Assembly: GCA_964567555.1 (NCBI GenBank)
Contig: CAZMNA010000002.1
Coordinates: 71,795-117,318 of the forward strand
Direction: 5' to 3'
Length of the DNA: 45,524 nt
From: an uncultured Candidatus Saccharibacteria bacterium
Lineage (GTDB): Bacteria > Patescibacteriota > Saccharimonadia > Saccharimonadales > UBA10212
Shown: piece by piece, positions 37,457 to 45,524 of the stretch
Position numbering within the stretch: position 1 is the stretch's first letter
Layout of the letters: each line of letters begins with the position of its first letter
Translations under genes and position numbers: made by a program
Notes under the pieces: generated by a model
Seen by the model: the letters and a program-made list of their open reading frames with translations, nothing else
The model's database searches: none
What the model was told of the DNA's origin: nothing

Positions 37457-38747
37457 CTCTTAAAATTTTAGTCGCCAAAGCCACCTCGTCCCATGGGTGT
37501 TCGCCATCAGCCCGCTCTATAGTTTTCTCGTGGCCCTTACCTAGCAGTAGCACCGTATCGCCTTTTTTGGCTCGGGAAAGAGTAAACTTAATCGCCTCTT
37601 CCCGGTTATGAACTAAAAACAGGTTTTTATCCCGCGTTTTACCGGCCTTTTCTGCCCCACCAGCAATCTGATTCATAATTTCTGTACCATCAATATCCCG
37701 GTCATCCTCCTCTGTTATTACCACCTCGTCGCAGTATTTTCCGGCCAGCTCACCCTGCACCACCCGCTTGGCCTCGTCGCGCCGGCCAGCGCTGCCAAAC
37801 ATTGCAATTAGTTTGCCTTTAACCATCGGCTTGATATCGCGGAATAACTTTTCAAAGCTGTCCGGCGTATGAGCAAAATCTACAATTACCGAGAAGTCCT
37901 GGCCGGCCTCCACTTTTGTCATCCTGCCCTCCACACTCCGCAAAGCAGAAATTCCTTGTTCTATCTGTTTTTTATCTAAGCCGATAGCTCGCCCGACACT
38001 AACAGCCGCTAGCGCGTTATAGACATTAAAACTGCCCGGCAAGTTGCAGACAATGTCATACTCTTCTTCTGGACCTTTGGCCGTAAATCTGCTGCCTTCG
38101 GGTGTCGTCTGAACATTTTTCGCTTTAATATCACCATGCTTCACTCCGTAAATTATCGGTACGGCAATGTCGCTGGCAAAGGCTTTGGCGCTTGGATCGT
38201 CTCCGTTAATGACGCCGATTCTTAAACCGTGGTCGTTATTATCAGCCAGCCGAAAGAGCTTGCGTTTGGCGCTTAGGTAATTTTTAAACGTGCCGTGGTA
38301 ATCAAGGTGCTCATGTGTGACATTGGTCATCGCCGCCACGGAAAATGGAATGCTCCAAACCCGGTACTGCGCCAAGGCATGAGAAGTAACTTCCAGTACC
38401 AGCCAGTCAGCACCACGTTTCTTCATCCGCTTAAGGCGCTTGATCAGCTCTGGCACAGGCACATTGGTCATATGTTTGACCTGAGGCCGTATATCATTCC
38501 CGACCCCGTAAGCCACCGTAGTCATCAGGCCGGCATTATATCCAGCCTCGGTAAGCATTTTATGAATCAAAAAGCAGGTGGTAGTTTTGCCGTTGGTGCC
38601 GGTAACCCCAATTACTTGCATATCCTTTGCTGGCGAGCCACCGCTCAGCGTATTGAACAGAACCGCTTCCATAAGATGTCCGGCTGGTTCAATTTTCCTA
38701 AACAGACTTTTTGGGATGATGGCTTTGACCGCCGACCGTAAATTCAT
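37446..38747 (-). CDS. murE: UDP-N-acetylmuramoyl-dipeptide--amino acid ligase (MurE family)
   Basis: IGVTGTNGKTTT, LEVTSHAL, TNVTHEHLDYHGT, VEGRM, VDFAHTPDS, LGKGHE. Confidence 0.92.
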   Translation of the reverse strand: MNLRSAVKAIIPKSLFRKIEPAGHLMEAVLFNTLSGGSPAKDMQVIGVTGTNGKTTTCFLIHKMLTEAGYNAGLMTTVAYGVGNDIRPQVKHMTNVPVPELIKRLKRMKKRGADWLVLEVTSHALAQYRVWSIPFSVAAMTNVTHEHLDYHGTFKNYLSAKRKLFRLADNNDHGLRIGVINGDDPSAKAFASDIAVPIIYGVKHGDIKAKNVQTTPEGSRFTAKGPEEEYDIVCNLPGSFNVYNALAAVSVGRAIGLDKKQIEQGISALRSVEGRMTKVEAGQDFSVIVDFAHTPDSFEKLFRDIKPMVKGKLIAMFGSAGRRDEAKRVVQGELAGKYCDEVVITEEDDRDIDGTEIMNQIAGGAEKAGKTRDKNLFLVHNREEAIKFTLSRAKKGDTVLLLGKGHEKTIERADGEHPWDEVALATKILRDET

Positions 38748-38770
38748 GCTTAAAGTATAATACTTCTAAA

Positions 38771-39793
38771 GTGAATATCCTGGGAATTGAATCATCATGC
38801 GATGAAACCGCCGCTGCTGTAGTGGCTGACGGCACCCGACTTTTATCTAGCGTAGTGGCCTCTAGCGTAGATTTACATCGAGCCCACGGGGGGGTTGTTC
38901 CAGAAATCGCCGCTCGCTCCCACCTTGAAAGCATCCTCCCAGTGGTTGAGGAAGCACTTAAAAAAGCCCGAGTGGGTTGGCCAGAAATTGATGCCATCGC
39001 CGTAACCCAGGGGCCTGGTTTAATCGGTAGTTTGCTGATTGGTGTTCTGACTGCCCGCACGCTGGCTATCTGTAAAAATAAGAAGTTATTTGCCGTCAAT
39101 CATGTCGCGGCACACCCCTTTGGAGCATATGTAGATAAGAAACCGCCTGCCCTGCCGTGCTTAGTCATGGTTGTCTCCGGTGGCCACACTTTTATTGCCT
39201 TAATGAAAAGACATGGTCAATATAAATTGCTTGGCCAGACCAAAGATGATGCCGTCGGCGAGGCCTTCGATAAAGTAGCCAAAATTTTAGGCCTTCCCTA
39301 CCCCGGTGGCCCGGCTGTCAGTCACCTGGCCGATGTTGGCGACCAAAAAAAATATCCTCTACCGGGGGCGAACATGACTGGGAGCTATGATTTTAGCTAC
39401 TCCGGGCTTAAAACCGCCGTTTTAAGGACTGCTCAAGCAATTGTCGGTAAAGACTATACCCTGCCCTCGCACGAGCTTCCTGGGCTTTTAAATAAGGTTC
39501 AGAAGGCAGATTTAGCAGCCAGCTTCCGTGCTGCTGCCATTGATTCGCTGACAGCCACGCTAAAAAGTGCATCTCAAGCCTATAAACCAGCCTGCATTAT
39601 CGTGGCTGGCGGAGTCGCCGCCGAAAGTGAGCTGCGCCGCCAACTGGGTAGGTGCAGATGGGGCTCCCCTGTTCTTATTCCGCCCCTGGAACTATGCACA
39701 GATAACGCCGCTATGATTGCATCGTGTGCATACTTCACCCGCAAGCCAGCCGACCCCTATAGATTAGCCCCTGAGCCATCTCTAGTTTGGTAG
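38771..39793 (+). CDS. tsaD: tRNA N6-threonylcarbamoyladenosine synthesis protein TsaD
   Basis: ILGIESSCDETAAA, GGVVPEIAARSH, NHVAAH, VSGGHT, DDAVGEAFDKVAK, CTDNAAMIA. Confidence 0.96.
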   Translation: MNILGIESSCDETAAAVVADGTRLLSSVVASSVDLHRAHGGVVPEIAARSHLESILPVVEEALKKARVGWPEIDAIAVTQGPGLIGSLLIGVLTARTLAICKNKKLFAVNHVAAHPFGAYVDKKPPALPCLVMVVSGGHTFIALMKRHGQYKLLGQTKDDAVGEAFDKVAKILGLPYPGGPAVSHLADVGDQKKYPLPGANMTGSYDFSYSGLKTAVLRTAQAIVGKDYTLPSHELPGLLNKVQKADLAASFRAAAIDSLTATLKSASQAYKPACIIVAGGVAAESELRRQLGRCRWGSPVLIPPLELCTDNAAMIASCAYFTRKPADPYRLAPEPSLVW

Positions 39794-39869
39794 CTTGAAA
39801 GTGCTAGCCATTGTTGTTATGCTTAAATCAAACAAACAGCGGAACTCAACCCCAAAACACTGCTCTTTA

Positions 39870-39883
39870 GTTTCACGTGAAAC
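39870..39883. promoter_or_regulatory. parS-type ParB-binding palindrome
   Basis: GTTTCACGTGAAAC matches the 14-bp core of the widespread TGTTTCACGTGAAACA consensus. Confidence 0.75.
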
Positions 39884-39946
39884 CACCGAGCAGTGTTTTT
39901 CTTAAATTACCTCTGTTAAAAATACTGTTATACTCTAAGCGTAGCC

Positions 39947-42499
39947 ATGAAACTTACTTCTGCCTATAAACCTTTTGAGCATGAAGCCCACATCTATAAA
40001 CTCTGGGAGAACAGTGGTGCCTTTAAGCCTGCCAAAGTAAAAAACGGCTACTTCAGTATTGTCGCTCCACCGCCCAACGCCAACGGCAACCTACACCTTG
40101 GGCATGGCTTGACGATGGCCATTGAGGATACGCTTGTGCGTTATAACAGATTAAAGGGCAGGGAGAGCTTATTTGTCCCTGGCGCTGATCACGCCGGCTT
40201 TGAAACCTGGGTTGTTTATGAGAAAAAACTTGAGCAAGAAGGGAAGAGCCGCTTTGATTACAGCAGGGAGGAGCTATACCGACAAGTTTGGGATTTTGTG
40301 GCGGCTAACAGAGCTAATTTTGAAAAACAATTCCGACGCTTGGGCGCCAGCACAGATTGGGACTACTTTACGTTTACTTTAGACGACAAAGTCGTAAAGC
40401 AAGCTTATAAAACCTTCAAGAAGATGTGGGATGAGGGATTAATTTACAGGGGTGAGCGCTTGGTTAACTTCTGTACCTACCATGGGACTAGTTTTGCTGA
40501 CGTAGAAGTGGAATATAAAGAGACCGACGGCAGTTTGTGGCATTTAAAGTACCCACTGACAGATGGCTCAGGCGAAATTACTGTAGCTACAACCCGTCCT
40601 GAAACCATGCTTGGAGACACGGCTGTGGCTGTTAACCCAACAGATAAACGCTACACTAAATTCGTCGGCAAAAGTGTTACTCTGCCGCTCGTCGGAAGAG
40701 AAGTGCCGATTGTATCTGATGCAATGGTAGATAAAGAGTTTGGCACTGGTGCTGTTAAGATTACCCCTGCTCATGACCCGAACGATTTTGAACTTGCCGA
40801 ACGCCACAGTTTGCCCCGAATAACGGTTATCGATTTTGAAGGTAAGCTTAATCAACACGTACCCGAACAATATCGTGGTTTAGGTGTTAAAGAAGCTCGC
40901 CAGACTGTCGTTAAGGACCTAAAAGAGCAGGGTGCCCTAGCAAAAGTTGAAGAATATACTCACAGTGTTGGCCACTGCTATAAGTGCGGCACCGTAATTG
41001 AGCCGCTGTTGCGTGAACAGTGGTTTATTGACACCAAATTGCTAGCCAAAAAAGCTATCACCGCTCTTAGGCAGAATAAGATAGAATTTTACCCTGTCTC
41101 TAAAAAGGACCAGCTAATTGGCTACTTTAAGGAGTTAAAAGACTGGAATATCAGCCGTCAGATTGCTTGGGGGATCCCAATTCCAGCCTTTCAAAACCTT
41201 GATAACCCGGATGACTGGCGGTTCGATGAACGTACTGAGCAGGAATTTATAGAGGTTAACGGCCAAAAATACCGCCGCGACCCAGATGTTTTTGACACAT
41301 GGTTTTCTTCTAGCTCGTGGCCGTATGTTACTTTGGATTACCCGAGTGAAGACTTTAAAAAATTCTATCCGTTATCTGTTATGGAGACTGGTAATGAAAT
41401 TCTTTACCCTTGGGTCTCGCGCATGATTATGCTCGGGCTATATACAACAGGGGACGTTCCTTTTAAGAAAGTTTACATCCATGGGTATGTTATGGCCGAG
41501 AGCGGCGCCAAAATGAGTAAATCTCTAGGTAATGTCATTGATTTAACAGAGGTCATTGACAAATACGGATCCGATGCCCTGCGTATGGGTCTAATAGCTG
41601 GGCGTGTACCGGGTGTCAACAGGGGTTATGACAGCCGCAGGGTAGAAGAAGCCCGCAATTTTTGTAATAAACTCTGGAATGTCGCAAGATTTATTCAGTC
41701 ACTAGGTGATTCCGGCGGGGAGGGGAAGTCAAACAGCATGGTGGATACTTGGATACTTAACAAGTTAAGTAAAACTATCTCCTCAGTTGAAAATGACCTA
41801 GAACAGTTCCGCTTTAGTGAAGCCTACGAGAGTCTTTACCACTTTGTGTGGGATGATTTGGCGGATTGGTATGTTGAGGTTCTAAAGGTTGAGCCCAGCC
41901 CATCCGTAGCTACCCAAGTTTTAGAAGCTACTTTAAAGATTACGCATCCTTTTGCACCGTTTGTAACCGAGACCATCTGGCAAACACTTGGCTGGCAAAA
42001 GTCACTTTTAGCCACCGCCGATTGGCCCAAAGCTCCAGCGGCAGACCCAAAACAAGCGGCTAATTTTGAGGGGCTGATTAAACTTGTTGGCGAAATCCGG
42101 CGAATTAATAGTGTTCTCAAGCTCAAACAACCAATTTTGAGTATGCCAAAGCTTCCGGTCTGGCTAGAAGGGCAGGTGGAAACTCTGCAGCAGCTGGCAC
42201 AACTTGGCCAGGTCAACCAGCAGCCAACACCGCGCGGCCTTCGCTTGGCCTCTATTTCAAGCGAGGCTCGCTTGGAAGTACAAGCCGCCCAAGCTAAAAA
42301 ATACCAAGTTAAGCTAGATCAAGAAGTTCAACAGACAAAATCAGCCGTGGAGCTTTTGGAAAAACGGTTAGCAAATAAACATTACCTGGCCAAAGCACCG
42401 GCAGAACTGGTGAGAGATTCTAAAGCTCAACTAGCTGAGAATAAAGACAATTTAAAAAGGCTGGAAGCAGAGGCTTCTTCTTGGGCCGACATTACTTAA
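39947..42499 (+). CDS. valS: Valine--tRNA ligase
   Basis: PPPNANGNLHLGH, ATTRPET, DWNISRQIAWG, DVFDTWFSS, KMSKSLGN, C-terminal coiled coil. Confidence 0.97.
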   Translation: MKLTSAYKPFEHEAHIYKLWENSGAFKPAKVKNGYFSIVAPPPNANGNLHLGHGLTMAIEDTLVRYNRLKGRESLFVPGADHAGFETWVVYEKKLEQEGKSRFDYSREELYRQVWDFVAANRANFEKQFRRLGASTDWDYFTFTLDDKVVKQAYKTFKKMWDEGLIYRGERLVNFCTYHGTSFADVEVEYKETDGSLWHLKYPLTDGSGEITVATTRPETMLGDTAVAVNPTDKRYTKFVGKSVTLPLVGREVPIVSDAMVDKEFGTGAVKITPAHDPNDFELAERHSLPRITVIDFEGKLNQHVPEQYRGLGVKEARQTVVKDLKEQGALAKVEEYTHSVGHCYKCGTVIEPLLREQWFIDTKLLAKKAITALRQNKIEFYPVSKKDQLIGYFKELKDWNISRQIAWGIPIPAFQNLDNPDDWRFDERTEQEFIEVNGQKYRRDPDVFDTWFSSSSWPYVTLDYPSEDFKKFYPLSVMETGNEILYPWVSRMIMLGLYTTGDVPFKKVYIHGYVMAESGAKMSKSLGNVIDLTEVIDKYGSDALRMGLIAGRVPGVNRGYDSRRVEEARNFCNKLWNVARFIQSLGDSGGEGKSNSMVDTWILNKLSKTISSVENDLEQFRFSEAYESLYHFVWDDLADWYVEVLKVEPSPSVATQVLEATLKITHPFAPFVTETIWQTLGWQKSLLATADWPKAPAADPKQAANFEGLIKLVGEIRRINSVLKLKQPILSMPKLPVWLEGQVETLQQLAQLGQVNQQPTPRGLRLASISSEARLEVQAAQAKKYQVKLDQEVQQTKSAVELLEKRLANKHYLAKAPAELVRDSKAQLAENKDNLKRLEAEASSWADIT

Positions 42500-43341
42500 A
42501 ATTCTAGGTGTTTTTTTACCCGGGCGATGCTTTCCTTGGGTTCGTAAGAATTAAAGCGTGAAATTTGCCAGCCGGCTTTATCCGCCAGGACAATAGCGAT
42601 TTTGTCATCGTCTACTAAAAGCGTTTGCTCGGGCGCATAGCCAGCTTTAGCCAGGGCCAACTCGTAAATTTTGGGGCTGGTTTTAAGCATTTTTACCTCG
42701 GATGAGTCAACTACTTGGCTGAATTTGTCTAGCGGCAACTTACCTGCCTTGTCCAAGCCATCAATCAGACCTGGCATAGTGCCGGATAATAAACCAATTT
42801 CATAATGCGAAGCAGTCCAGTCAATAAGCTCTTTGATTCCCTCTACAGGCTCTACTGAGTCAAGGTAATAATCTGTCCAGTCAAAATCGCTTAAGCCCAG
42901 CTTTTGACCAACTGACCTATTGTAATCATCCATAGAAATCTGGCCGGAGCAGACCTCGTCATCATAGCGCCAAAAGGTAGCTTCTACAGTGTCCATTGGC
43001 ATGCCTGAGAGCTTGGCAATCATAGGGAAAGCCTTTGCATAACCACGGACCAAAGTGCCGTTTAAATCAAAATATATAAACTTTATCCCTGTTTTGGAAG
43101 TTTTTTTATTGCCCGCTGATTGGGGAGTTGCCATGCCTAAAAGGCTTTCTACTGTCGTGCCGGTAGCCGTGGCGATGGATGTGACCGTAAACACACTTGG
43201 CGCTTTGATGGCACCACGCTCAATTTTTGCCAGTGTGGAATAGCTCAAACCCGCCTTATGACACAACTCTTGTTGTGTCAGCCCAGCCGCCCGGCGAGCC
43301 TGAGCCAAGCGCTGCCCTAGCGCCTCCGCGTTTTCCCCCAT
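42496..43341 (-). CDS. XRE-type HTH fused to HAD-family phosphatase
   Basis: RRAAGLTQQELCHKAGLSYSTLAKIERG, then FDLNGTL, KTSPKIY, LVDDD. Confidence 0.85.
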   Translation of the reverse strand: MGENAEALGQRLAQARRAAGLTQQELCHKAGLSYSTLAKIERGAIKAPSVFTVTSIATATGTTVESLLGMATPQSAGNKKTSKTGIKFIYFDLNGTLVRGYAKAFPMIAKLSGMPMDTVEATFWRYDDEVCSGQISMDDYNRSVGQKLGLSDFDWTDYYLDSVEPVEGIKELIDWTASHYEIGLLSGTMPGLIDGLDKAGKLPLDKFSQVVDSSEVKMLKTSPKIYELALAKAGYAPEQTLLVDDDKIAIVLADKAGWQISRFNSYEPKESIARVKKHLEF

Positions 43342-43389
43342 ATGGCCATATACTACCAGTAGCCCGCGATTTTGGGTAGTTGTAACGGA

Positions 43390-43773
43390 CTAAAAGGCTA
43401 GTCTTTTGGCCATCTCGGCTAGCTCGGACTGTGAAGCAACGTATGCTTTGTGATAAAAATCTTCAGCCGAGCTGATTGGGATTAGATGAACGTGGGCATG
43501 GGGCACTTCTTCGCCGATTACCCTTACAGCAACGCGCTCCACTTTCAAAACTTGCCTAAGCCTTTGCGCCACTTTCTTAACGGTGGCCATTACTGCTTGA
43601 TAGTCCTTTTCCGAAAGATCCCATAACTGATCGACTTGTTTTTTAGGAACTACTAGTGCCTGACCGGGTTGGGTTGGTTCAATAGTTAAAAATACAAATG
43701 TTTTATCGTCTTCGTAAATTTTATAAGAGGGAACCTCGCCTCTGATGATTTTAGTAAAGATACTGTCTGCCAT
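43390..43773 (-). CDS. HIT family hydrolase
   Basis: SIFTKII.GE.P, VPHAHVHLIP histidine triad. Confidence 0.92.
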   Translation of the reverse strand: MADSIFTKIIRGEVPSYKIYEDDKTFVFLTIEPTQPGQALVVPKKQVDQLWDLSEKDYQAVMATVKKVAQRLRQVLKVERVAVRVIGEEVPHAHVHLIPISSAEDFYHKAYVASQSELAEMAKRLAF

Positions 43774-43944
43774 TTAAAAAACAACGCTCAAGATTATAAG
43801 AACGACTATAAAGATTAATACTCCAGAAACAGAGGTGGCTAGCACAGATTGACGGGTGTTGTGGCCGCTGTGGTTTTGAAGCTTGGAGAAAATCCAGGCT
43901 GAAGAGCCGATAGCCAAAAGTAGACTTATCCAAAAATTGCTCAT
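43774..43944 (-). CDS. Small two-TM membrane protein (56 aa), not in the ORF track
   Basis: Hand translation MSNFWISLLLAIGSSAWIFSKLQNHSGHNTRQSVLATSVSGVLIFIVVLIILSVVF*. The TAA abuts the HIT ATG; TGtTATCAT lies upstream. Confidence 0.7.
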   Translation of the reverse strand: MSNFWISLLLAIGSSAWIFSKLQNHSGHNTRQSVLATSVSGVLIFIVVLIILSVVF

Positions 43945-43992
43945 AGCCTTTATATGATAACAAAGCAGGTACTTTAGTATAATTCCTTTGCT

Positions 43993-44082
43993 GGAGAGGT
44001 GCAGGAGTGGTTGAACTGGCCGCTCTCGAAAAGCGGTAAGGCCGCAAGGCTTTCGTGGGTTCGAATCCCACCCTCTCCGCCA
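43993..44082 (+). tRNA. tRNA-Ser(CGA)
   Basis: GGAGAGG...CCGCT-CTCGAAA-AGCGG, long variable arm, GGTTCGAATCC, CCA end; TATAAT upstream. Confidence 0.95.
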
Positions 44083-44151
44083 GGAGTCGTCAAAAAGTCA
44101 TACTGGTTTGTTAATTTCTGGTTTAATTAAACCCAGGGAGAATTACTAAAG

Positions 44152-44559
44152 ATGTTTAAAGAATTCAAAAAATTTATCTTGCGCGGCAACGTGGTTGACC
44201 TAGCCGTCGGCGTGGTTATTGGTGCTGCTTTTAACAGCGTTATTCAAGCAATGGTTAAGGACATGATTACCCCCGTTATTTCGGCGATTGGTGGGACTAA
44301 ACACTTTGCCAACGCTGCTTTTACCGTTCACGGCAGCCAGTTTTTATACGGCGATTTTTTGAATGCTTTGATTTCGTTTTTGGTTGTGGCGGCAGTAGTC
44401 TTTTTCTTCGTCGTGCAGCCTATCAATAAATTGACAGCTTTGGCTATGAGGTCAAAGGGAACAGAGGAACCAGATACCAAAAAATGCGATTACTGCATTA
44501 GCGAAATCCCCAAAGACGCCACCAAGTGCAAGTTCTGTACAGCTGATTTAAAAAAATAA
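44152..44559 (+). CDS. mscL: Large-conductance mechanosensitive channel
   Basis: MFKEFKKFILRGNVVDLAVGVVIGAAF; C-terminal C..C...IP..A.KC.FCT. Confidence 0.95.
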   Translation: MFKEFKKFILRGNVVDLAVGVVIGAAFNSVIQAMVKDMITPVISAIGGTKHFANAAFTVHGSQFLYGDFLNALISFLVVAAVVFFFVVQPINKLTALAMRSKGTEEPDTKKCDYCISEIPKDATKCKFCTADLKK

Positions 44560-44561
44560 CT

Positions 44562-45365
44562 TTAGTACAGCAGCGGCTCGCAGGTTTCACCCATAATCAG
44601 CGTGCCGATCGAGGCACCGTTAGTTTCGTGTCTTAGGACGTCGTCTAGTTTGTGCTTGCTTTCTTGAAAGACGTGCATTGTCATGCCGCTTTCGGCAAGC
44701 TGCTCTAAGCTACCCTTGTCAACTACGTCAAAGTTATCGTAATCTTTAAGCATCTCTGTAGCACTAATTCGCTTAAAGCGGGGCGGCTCTTGCTCTGATT
44801 CGGCGGGGTCACTTGCGTAAACTCCGTCCACGGTCGTGGTACTCTTTAGAATCATAATTTCACCCTCGTACACCTCCTGGTAGTCACGAGCGTAAAAAAC
44901 TACCGCATCGTCCGTTGTAACACCGTTTTTACCGGTACCGCCGCCGACAACTACAACCTGCTGCGCATCATGCGCTTCTTTTACCAGGTCCCGGTTGTAG
45001 GCTGGAGGTTTGATATTAACGTCAAAAAAACCTTGGCCATGGGCATTGAATAGAGCTACGGGTACGCCCGCTGCCTTTAATAGTTCAGTTAATACCAGAG
45101 CGTTTTGGATTGTGCCTAGCCTGCCGATGCTGTCATGGTACTTACTTACACCTACTTCTTTAAGGGCATTGCCTCTGCCTACATTACCGGCGCCGGGAAC
45201 TATGGTTAGACCTTCCAGTTTGAGCTCGTTGCGGCTTTTATATACCTCGGCTATGTTGGCTACCACCGATGCCGCACCTAGTTTGGTCCAATTACCGCCA
45301 CCATTGCCTTGCATAAGGCTTTCGCCAGATTGCTTTAAGAATACGGCCCGTGTTTCACCTGCCAT
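44562..45365 (-). CDS. pyrH: UMP kinase homolog (amino acid kinase family), divergent
   Basis: LKQSGESL, PGAGNVGRG, GTIQNAL, GGGTG...TTD, VDGVYASDP. Start set at ATG 45365. Confidence 0.7.
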   Translation of the reverse strand: MAGETRAVFLKQSGESLMQGNGGGNWTKLGAASVVANIAEVYKSRNELKLEGLTIVPGAGNVGRGNALKEVGVSKYHDSIGRLGTIQNALVLTELLKAAGVPVALFNAHGQGFFDVNIKPPAYNRDLVKEAHDAQQVVVVGGGTGKNGVTTDDAVVFYARDYQEVYEGEIMILKSTTTVDGVYASDPAESEQEPPRFKRISATEMLKDYDNFDVVDKGSLEQLAESGMTMHVFQESKHKLDDVLRHETNGASIGTLIMGETCEPLLY

Positions 45366-45469
45366 AAATTGAGGCCAGCATAGCACGCAATCTGACAATT
45401 AAAAAGAGCTAATGGCTGGACGCTTCCATTTATATCTGTTTTTTGCTAGAATTACCCCTGTTAGTTTAA

Positions 45470-45524
45470 GCGCGTGTAGCTCAGCTGGATAGAGCGTCGG
45501 CTTGCGGAGCCGAAGGTCGTAGGT
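45470..45524 (+). tRNA. tRNA-Arg(GCG), truncated by the window end
   Basis: GCGCGTG-TA-GCTCAGCTGGATAGAGC-G-TCGGC-TTGCGGA-GCCGA; anticodon at 45504-45506. Confidence 0.85.

Noticed and set aside
39794-39946. T-box leader for valS
   Set aside because: No T-box consensus is present, and a TGtTATACT -10 lies 11 nt from the ATG.
1-45524. CRISPR array, integrase, transposase, rRNA, or UGA recoding (code 25)
   Set aside because: No regularly spaced direct repeats or mobility-enzyme motifs were seen. Conserved genes are intact in code 11 and some (e.g. mmcQ, polA) end at TGA.

Overview
45.5 kb of a reduced bacterial chromosome in genetic code 11. The gene set and style (orphan biosynthetic enzymes, HTH-HAD fusion, DUF2779, leaderless genes) suggest Patescibacteria/CPR, probably Saccharimonadia; this taxonomy is inference. 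The housekeeping backbone is polA, rpoD-dnaG, argS, msrB, groES-groEL with a CIRCE, murE, tsaD, valS, mscL, pgi/pmi, three tRNA genes and one parS-type palindrome. Accessory genes are interleaved: an HsdM-HsdS fusion cut by the left edge, a DUF2779 nuclease-like gene, divergent purM and pyrH homologs, a redox cluster, a TrmB-family regulator with an Irp9/MbtI-type salicylate synthase, a PLP enzyme behind tRNA-Ser, a four-LuxR-HTH protein and a GC-rich orphan. The most unusual signals are non-coding. (1) A hairpin-rich spacer ending in AAGGCGNAGCCGCT directly abuts a duplicated target 3' end at two unrelated loci, the mmcQ gene and a tRNA-like end. (2) A 180-nt stem-closed in-frame insertion with the same core lies in polA. 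(3) Two related structured intergenic elements with conserved ends lie at about 5.2 and 7.3 kb. No CRISPR array, integrase or transposase is visible. Product calls rest on motif recognition by eye, not database searches.
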